Source: Eledone cirrhosa (lineage: Eukaryota). From it: 64,000 nt of DNA. Both the position numbers and the translations under genes were made by a program. Positions within the stretch are counted from its first letter, which is position 1. Each line of letters opens with the position of its first letter. The notes below the pieces were generated by a model, which worked only from the letters and a program-made list of their open reading frames with translations, was not told the DNA's origin and did not search any database. The DNA is taken from the NCBI GenBank assembly GCA_964016885.1, contig OZ024751.1, positions 4,836,001 through 4,900,000 on the forward strand, in the 5' to 3' direction. Positions 55,794 to 64,000 of the stretch are shown here, one piece after another.

Positions 55794-56115
55794 TAAAAGT
55801 TTACATATATATATACATATATATACATATACGTGTTTTGCAACTGGTCACTTTGTGGCTCAATGAAAAATTTAATAAATTAAATAATCAGAGCTATATA
55901 TCATAAAACATGTCTATACAATCACAAGAAAAATATATACTATTTCCTCTCCCAATTAGCACAATTAACTATATAAAAAATCGAATAGACCAGGCTATAA
56001 GAATGAGGCTTCTATGAAGAAATCTCCAACAAATAACCAAAACTAGCCCTTCGTGTCGGCCGTAGCGGAATATTTATCGAATATTTCGACAGCGTAATCG
56101 CCCAGATACAGTCAA

Positions 56116-56526
56116 CTATACAGAATTAGGTGTAAAATAAACTAGGAGAAAATAGAATACATTTAAATAAATCCACAGTAGCTCAGCCGATGTTATTTCA
56201 TTAAGTGAGCAGAACATTGAGCAGGCTTTAGGAAATGTTACCTTCATTGTTTGTTTCACTACTTTCTCATTCTTTTGGTGTTTTTCTGTGTCTTCATGCC
56301 TTACTATATGACATAAGCTACCAGTAATCTCACAATTACACAATTTACAGTGGTCTTTACTTATGTTCTTTATACTCAATTCCCACCATGATGAAAATTT
56401 CTCATCATTTAATAATTTTGATTGAACTTTTCTTTCATAGAAAGTGGATTTCAATTTTTTCTTCTGAGGAGTATCATTTTCGTCACTATCAGAATGATAT
56501 TCTGTATCCACCTTTTCCACACTCAT
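56116..56526 (-). pseudogene. hAT-like transposase N-terminal zinc-finger remnant
   Basis: KKKLK NLS-like stretch, F..WW, CKLC..I.G....I.RH..T.KH; no DDE region recognisable. Confidence 0.5.
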
Positions 56527-56754
56527 GATGGGTTTAAAATGTTTTTCAAAAAAGCAAAACAGTTCAGATATTGAAAGATGACACCATCAAAGCACACTGC
56601 ATGCTGTGACACGACTCTTTAAACTGAACTGATACGGTTGTCTTCCAAGAATTTGTCTTAATCTATCTATACTTAGATGTCCTCATGTATTGTCAGTGGA
56701 ATCTATTCAAGTAAAACAGCCACTGATCAATTGTGAGCAAATAGTGCATTATTA

Positions 56755-57117
56755 TTAGCTACCAAGATAAAGTAGAAAACAGCACAGCTCCCATGACTTT
56801 CTGAAACATTTTTTCATGCCCAGAGTTGCTGAAGCATGGAACAATCTACCTGCATCAGTGGTTAGCTGTTGGGACACTGCGTCCTTCAAAACTCCCATGC
56901 TTCCCGAAATTCGCCAACACTACACCTGATATTCCCTCTCCATAGACACGTACGCATGTGTATGTGTGTCTGTGTGTGGTTTGTATGTCTGAGTGTATAT
57001 CATGACTCATACACTGTTCACTTTCCTGGCATATGTACATTATTCTATATACTATACATGCATCTTTGATGAGTTGTAGTGCACCTGAACACTCTACACT
57101 ATAATTTTCATTATTAT
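56755..57117 (+). mobile_element. 3' end of a CR1/L2-group LINE
   Basis: RKQHS.HDFLKHFF..RVAEAWNNLPASVV..SFK, short 3' UTR ending in attattat. Confidence 0.7.
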
Positions 57118-58558
57118 GGTTGGCTAGCGATTTGAAATACTATGCAGAAGAGTATTGATGTCAAGTGAGATCATATATTTAATGAATATCTTCTTGACAT
57201 AAAAGTTGTTATAGCTGATGAAGGGTAAATCATTAAATGGTGATTTTAGACTATCAACTAAGCTAACTAAGCAGCTGGAATAGTGTTCCTCCGAAGGGTC
57301 TTTGTAATAGTGTTACATGATAGAGTGCATAGCTCAGAGATTAGAGAGTTGCTCCAGTTAGAGCTGCTACTTCTCTGAATTGAGAGATCACAGCTCCGAT
57401 ACTATGGGCATGTGGTTAGAATATCTCAGGAAAGAATCACTGGACAGATTTCATGGGCAAAACCATCCGGCAAGAGACCTAGCAAGATGGTTGGATAACA
57501 TCCATGAGCTTGGCTGGTGATGCTTGGGGATCCAGCTGGATCAGTTGAAGGTGGTTGCTTCTGACAGGAGCCGCTGGAAGGATTGTTTCAGGACTCTGCT
57601 CTCACGACCCTCTCGGGGATAAGTGGGCGAAGAAGAAGAGCTAAGCCAAATTTGCCAAGCAAGTACAATCTTTAAAATGTACCAAAAAATCCAGACGTGG
57701 TACCAAATGTACAGAAAAGTCAAATTAATTTAAATGTTTATAGTATCTTTAATGGTGGACAGATATTTGCAAACATTTGCAGTAAACTAAAGATAATTTT
57801 TTTATGTGATTTAGTGATTAGGCTGTTTCATATTTTTCAATGTGGTTTCATGTGGTACAGGACTTTGTGTTAATCGATATTAAGTGATTTCGCTTGTAAT
57901 TGTATTATCTATTCCCCTTTCATTGGGGGATTGGCAGTATTGGTAGAAAGTCGGCCGCCATGCTTTGCAGCATAGAGTTATGGCTCTTTATGATCTGAGT
58001 TCAAATCCTGCCGAGGTTAACTTATGGGGGCGATAAAATAACGGACCAGTCACGCACTGGGGTCGATTTAATCGACTTTCCCCTCCCCCCAAAATTACTG
58101 GCCTTTGCCTATATAAGAAACCATTATTTATTCCCCCTTCATTTAATGAAGAGTTATCTTTCTTAATAAAGAAGACTTATTCCCCTTGAATATTTAAAAA
58201 CAACATCGTGTCCTGATGTAAGGGATATAATTTATAGCGAGGCAGAGTCTATCATATCAAATAAAGTGAGTTGAAATATTTTTTTAATGAAAGCAAGTTG
58301 TATCGGTTTTTCTCTTTCCATTGGACAACATAAGTGGCATGGAGAAGGGAGATTGGAATCCATGGGCGACCGCTGGTCTTCCACAAAAAAACCCCCCACC
58401 TTGCCCATGCTTTTGCCTTGGAGGAGAACTTTCTAGGTATAAAAAAACCATGGACTTTCATGACCAAAGGTGGTCTTTACCTTTTACTAATTATGTACAT
58501 ATTGATCAATAAATACTCATGTTTAGTAACAGATCAATGTTTGATTTTTTATTTTCAG

Positions 58559-58641
58559 AGTGCCTTTTTGGTCATGCACCATTTGCATCTAGAAGTTTTA
58601 CTGAATTGGAAGAAAAAATTACAGATAGCTGGCCCATAGCG
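58559..58641 (+). CDS. ULK3: ULK3 coding exon 6 (ECLFGHAPFASRSFTELEEKITDSWPIA)
   Basis: ttttcAG acceptor, GTAAAA donor, 83 nt, phase 1/0; PFASRSFxELEEKI is ULK3-typical. Confidence 0.94.
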
Positions 58642-59407
58642 GTAAAAAAACTATATCTAAATTTAAGCAACTTCTGTCCATCCATCCGACACACAATGTG
58701 TGTGTGTGTTTGTGTGAATGTATGTGTGTGTAAAAGGAAGGAAGGGAATGGCGAAAAACTATAGCAAAACAGCAGCTGGTATTCCATTTGCTATGCTGTG
58801 TGTGAATGTGAGTGTGTTGAAAAAAATCCTAGTAATAAAACATTCTCACTTTTTGTTCTTCATTATTTTCATTTTTATAAGGGCGGGGGATTCGCAGAAT
58901 CGGTGGAGCATTGGACACCATGCTTTGTAGCATATAGTTACATTCCTTTACATTATGAGTTCAAATCCTGCCTTTCATCTTTACAGGGTTGATAAAATAT
59001 AGTACCAGTAATGCTCTTGGGTCGATTTAATCGAATTTCACCTTCTCCAAAATTGTTGGCCTTGTTCCTATTCTGAGTTCAAATCCCGCCGAGGTTAACT
59101 TTGCCTTTCATCTTTACAGGTTCGATAAAATAAAGTACCAGTAATACACTGGGTAATTGCTGGCCTTGTGCCAAAAGTAGAAACAATTATTATTATTGTT
59201 GTGGTTGTTAGGGCCGTAAATTGACAGAATCGGCAGAGCATCGGACAAATGCATAGAAGTATTTGATCAGACTCTTTACGTTGTGATTTTGAAATCTTTG
59301 AGGCAAGTTTTGCCTTTCATCCTAATGGGGTCGATAAAATAAAGTGTGTTTCTATGGTTGTATTCTTATAAAAGAAAATATCTATTCTGTATTATGTATG
59401 TTTGCAG

Positions 59408-59563
59408 CTTCCATATGGAGTTGAAGTTTCCGACAAATGCCGTGATTTATTACTCTCCCTGCTAAAACGAGATCCCGAAGAACGGATCAAATTTACAGAG
59501 TTTTTCTGCCATCCATTTATTGATCTCGACCATGCTCCAACTTCAGAATCGTTAGAAAAAGCT
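59408..59563 (+). CDS. ULK3: ULK3 coding exon 7 (LPYGVEVSDKCRDLLLSLLKRDPEERIKFTEFFCHPFIDLDHAPTSESLEKA)
   Basis: tttgcAG acceptor, GTAAGT donor, 156 nt, phase 0/0; kinase subdomain XI (RDPxxRI) and HPFIDL linker. Confidence 0.95.
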
Positions 59564-60568
59564 GTAAGTTATTTTTCAATCTTCCATAACTTTTCTGTTG
59601 TTAAAATGTATGTTTCTCCCTATGTACAAAAGGAAGGATGTATGATGCCTGTGTCCAGTGTGCGATGCTGCATAGTAGTGAAACATGGGCTGTGACTGCA
59701 GAGGACATTCGTAGATTGGAGAGAAATGAAGCAATCATGTCTTGTTGGATGTGCAATGTAATTGTGAGAGAAAGGTTGGATGAGCTGAGGGAGAAGCTAG
59801 GTTTAAGGGGAATCTGAGATTGTGTGCATGAGAGAAGATTGCATGGGTATGGACATGTGATGCACATGGACAATGACCGATGGTGAAGAAATGCCAGGAA
59901 ATCCCAGTGGAAGGAAATTGCAGTAGAGGATGACCAAGAAAAACCTGGGCAGAGCTTGTGAGAGCTGAGCTCAAATTGCTGGAAGAGGAGATGACAAAAG
60001 AACATGACAAGTGGAGAGATGCCATGCTGAGAAGGACCTGTCCAACCCATGCTAGCATGGAAAGGCAGATGTAAAAACGAAGATGATGATGTTGACAATA
60101 TAAGTTTGTGAAGATTCTTCAGTCTTTCTGAATAGATGACTACTTCTCTTGTGCTGGTGCCTAGTACACACTGTAAAGTTTTAGTCTTGATGCCTTGATA
60201 AAATGCACCTGTACACTGTGTAATGTGGTAGTCTTGGTGCCATGATAAAATGCATTCTGTATACACTGTAAAGTGGTAGTGTTGGTGTCATGATAATCTC
60301 GTTGAAAACATCTCTTCAAGCCTGCATTGAGTTCTAACAACATAATCAGGCCCACCATAAACAGGTGGACATCAGTAAAGGTTCATATATAAAATTATGA
60401 TGGAAGATTTTTAGATAAATTCTTTAAACTAAACAGCTATTTAGCATAAAACTAGGAACAGTTTCTGGTGGTTTAATATCGAAAGTGTTAAATGAAAAGG
60501 TTAATAAATGTTGTATTTAGATATATTTTAAATTTGGGATATGTTTGTTATTTTGTTTATTATTGCAG

Positions 60569-60674
60569 ACTAAATGTATTAAAGCTGCTGTGACAGAAGA
60601 TGAAATTGGTAATATTTCTGTAGCCCTGGAACATTACAGTGATGCTTTGGAACATTTTGTAGCAGCAGTACACT
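60569..60674 (+). CDS. ULK3: ULK3 coding exon 8 (TKCIKAAVTEDEIGNISVALEHYSDALEHFVAAVH), start of first MIT domain; gene continues beyond the window
   Basis: ttgcAG acceptor, GTAAGT donor, 106 nt, phase 0/1; AVxxDxxGxxxxALxxYxxAL MIT-domain pattern. Confidence 0.92.
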
Positions 60675-61682
60675 GTAAGTTCTTTAAAACATTTACTTCT
60701 TTATATCTGAATAGTGGAGTTTCGATCCTTCTTTGTATAATAAAATAAAACAAGGATAAATATATATATATAGAACTTTGTTGAGGAAACCCCGGCTATA
60801 TCTAGCCAGTAACATCTAGCCTCCTCCACTAGTTCTTGCTCCTTCCTTACCTGAAAGGGGTTTGATGTTCCAAGCTCCAACTGTTAAGGTTTTCTCCCTT
60901 CTGGACCCTCTTTAGAGTCTCGGCATACGCAATTTTTGTGTGTCCATCCCACACTTACCAGGACAGATTACAGGCCCATTGTTAGTTTTTGCAGCATGAA
61001 ATCGAGACTGCAATATATTTTTTGAACAGGCTTCTCTACATAAGTCCTGGTTTCACTTGGGGATCCAGCCTGATCAGCTGGAGATGGTTGCTTCTGACAG
61101 GATCCACTTGAAGGAGTGTTTGAGGACTCTGCCCCCACGACCCTCTCAGGAATAAGTAGGGGAAGAACAACTTTTTGATATGAATTGAGTTTTGAGGTAG
61201 TTTTTGAAAGCATTGTGACAATATTATAAACATTTTAAATGATTTGAAGCCCAAACAATATATTTAAAGAATTAAAATGTAATGTTTTATTCAAAGTTTT
61301 CAGTTTTAAAAGACTCATCAGTGAATCTATAAGATTTACTTTGTTTTTATTCCATGCCAGGAATTTTTCAGTGTTGCTTAATGGCCTGGCAGACTAGAGT
61401 CGAAGTTTGAATAAAACACTGTTTTTATTCTTTATGGACATTATTGGTTAGATCATTTGGCTTGCAATCATGAGGGTGTGAGTTTGATTCTCAGACTGGA
61501 TGATGTGTTGCAGCCTTAAGCAAGACACTTTATTTCACATTGCTCCAGTTTACTTAGCTGTTGAAATGAGCTGCGACGTCAGAGGTGTCAAGCTGTATTG
61601 ACCTTAGCTTTTCCCTTGGACAACATTGAAAAATTATTATACATGAAAAAATGATTATACATTTTTGCATTACCACTAAAAG

Positions 61683-61767
61683 GGTCTGACAAGCCACGGA
61701 TTACAGAGTCAGGCTAGATCGATATGGATTGAACCTTGAGCTGATTGGCGGCGAAACGCGCGTCACC
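61683..61767 (+). ncRNA. Hammerhead-like motif with an extended stem II (CTGACAA variant)
   Basis: ggt-CTGACAA-gcc..60 nt..ggc-GAA-ACGCGCGT-C-acc; GUC triplet; palindromic stem III. Confidence 0.6.
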
Positions 61768-61859
61768 AACCAATGAACGTAATGAAGGACTAACCACTCA
61801 TCCTTGTTTTATATATATATACTTATATATATATATATATATTTATCCTTGTTTTATTT

Positions 61860-61901
<42 letters not shown>

Positions 61902-61914
61902 CCTTGTTTTATTT

Positions 61915-61952
<38 letters not shown>

Positions 61953-63433
61953 CCTTGTTTTATTTTATTATACAAAGAAGGGTTTCTCCCTGCATACGAA
62001 AGGACGGTTATATGATGCCTGTGTGAGATGCGTGATGCTGGATGGTAGTGAGACATGAGCGGCAACTGCAGAGGATATGTGACGGCTGGAGAGAAATGAA
62101 GCAAGTATGCTCTGTTGAATGTGCAATGTCAATGTGTGAACGACCAAGCATGGACGAGTTGAGAGAGAAACTGGGTATAAGAGGAAGAAGTTGTGGTGTG
62201 CAGGAGAGAAGGCTGAGATGGTATGGGCATGTGATATGCATGGAGGATGACTGGTGGGTAAAGAAGTGCCAAGAAATCCCAGTAGAAGGAAGACGCAGAA
62301 ACGGTAGACCACGTAAAACATGGACGGAGGTGGTGAGAGCAGACTTCAGATCGCTGAAACTCACCAAGGAGATGACGAAGGACCGTGGCAAGTGGAGAGA
62401 TGCTGTGCTGAATAGGACCCATCCAACCCTTGCAAGCAGGGAAAAGTGGATGTAAAATGATAATATATATTTATATATATTTATCATCATCATCATCATC
62501 ATCATTTCATTTTATGTCCGCTTTTCCCCTGTTTGCAAGGGTGAGACGGGAACTGATTCTGGCTCGATTTCTACAGCTGGATGCCCTTCCTAACACCAAC
62601 CTCATTTACAGTGAGTGCTGGGTGCTTTTTTTCCATGGCACCTCCATGACCACTTTGCAGTGGAATGATACGGACCCCAGTCTCTATCATCTCATTTCTA
62701 CAGCTGAATAAACTGGAGCAATGTGAAATAAAGTGTCTTGCTTAAGGAAACAACACATCACCCGGTCTGAGAATTGAACTCACAACCTTTCGATTGCAAA
62801 GCCAATGCTCTAAGCACTAAGCCATGTGCCTCCATTATATATATAAATATATCATCATCATCATCATCAACACAGAAGACCTGCCTATGTACAAAGCGAA
62901 ACCTACAGTCAGTAGGCACCTCTTAACCAAATATACACCCCCGTCCCACTACTCCTACTCCACCCCACCACCGCCATCAACACCACCCCTTTCTCTGTTA
63001 AGTTATGTTGGTACCACAACATCCAGTCCTAAATAAATGAGGTCGTGTAGGTGTCACGACAAAAAAATACACAGTCCATGCTGTAATGTGGCCGTGTAGG
63101 TAACACGGTAAAAACCTCCCAGTCCAAACTGTAAATGTGGTTGGTGTTGGGAAGGGCAACCAGCCGTAGAAAACCTGCCAGACAGTCCTATACAAGCGAG
63201 ACGACTAATCATGCCTCATGTGGGACAATTCCCGTCTAAACCCATGCTAGCGTTGAAGACGTTAAACGATGATGATGATGATGATGATATACACATATAT
63301 AAATATATATATATGTACATATAAATTACACAATAATCAAAGCTATGTTCAAAACATTTTATTGCTGACAATCATTTCTTCCAAACTTTCGTTTCGAATC
63401 ATCGGAGCACTAGCAAAGTTTGGACATATAATT

Positions 63434-64000
63434 AACTTCCTATTCAATCATATAGATACATGGATATTAATGTTGTCATCAACAGTTTCATATTTACAGA
63501 GTGGAATGGATGTGACAGAGATTACAAGGCAATAGTGTAATAATTAAAGAGGCACAGAGTGGAATGAATGTGACAGAGATTACAAGGAAATTGAGTAATA
63601 ATTAAAGAGGCACAGAGTGGAATGGATGTGACAGAGATTACAAGGGAATAGTGTAATAATTAAAGAGGTGCAGAGTGGAATGGATGTGACAGAGATTACA
63701 AGGGAATAGTGTAATAATTAAAGAGGCACACAGTGGAATGGATGTGACAGAGATTACAAGGGAATAGTGTAATAATTAAAGAGGCACAGAGTGGAATGGA
63801 TGTGACAGAGATTACAAGGGAATAGTGTAATAATTAAAGAGGCACACAGTGGAATGGATGTGACAGAGATTACAAGGGAATGGTGTAATAATTAAAGAGG
63901 CACAGAGTGGAATGGATGTGACAGATTACAAGGGAATAGTGTAATAATTAAAGAGGCACAGAGTGGAATGGATGTGACAGAGATTACAAGGGAATAGTGT
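63434..64000. repeat. 58-bp minisatellite, ~10 copies, running off the window end
   Basis: Unit cacagagtggaatggatgtgacagagattacaagggaatagtgtaataattaaagagg (e.g. 63553, 63611). Confidence 0.95.

Noticed and set aside
56041-56070. Possible Helitron 3' end (CTAG on the - strand)
   Set aside because: No convincing subterminal hairpin or matching TC start.
63434-64000. CRISPR-like periodicity (also 41398-41645 and 54150-55470)
   Set aside because: Units repeat in full with no unique spacers; eukaryotic context; no cas genes.
60675-64000. ULK3 exon 9
   Set aside because: No AG-flanked segment continuing the MIT domain in phase 1 was found; it probably lies beyond the window.

Overview
AT-rich, microsatellite-saturated animal genomic DNA. 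The repeat families (RTE LINEs with (GAT)n tails, CORE-type tRNA SINEs sharing those tails, abundant (TA)n) suggest a mollusc, probably an octopus-like cephalopod; this is inference. One host gene is present: the first eight coding exons of ULK3 (Ser/Thr kinase plus start of the MIT domain) on the + strand, 18774-60674, continuing past the window. All eight exons were spliced by hand with GT-AG junctions in one open frame. The rest is retroelement and transposon sequence: a near-intact RTE LINE with a PHD finger, a 5'-truncated CR1-like LINE, a dead CRE-like LINE, two decayed Penelope-like elements (PLEs), SINEs, MITEs and a non-autonomous Helitron. The main hidden structure is a set of about 20 type I minimal hammerhead-ribozyme (HHR) motifs with palindromic stem III. 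They lie in at least ten sequence-unrelated short elements, many forming fold-back insertions in (TA)n tracts. One family forms a retrozyme-like tandem array of ~485-nt units. In several unrelated families the inverted arm ends a few bases before the same RCTC...GAGY stem. Repeat boundaries are approximate; no alignment, folding or database search was run.
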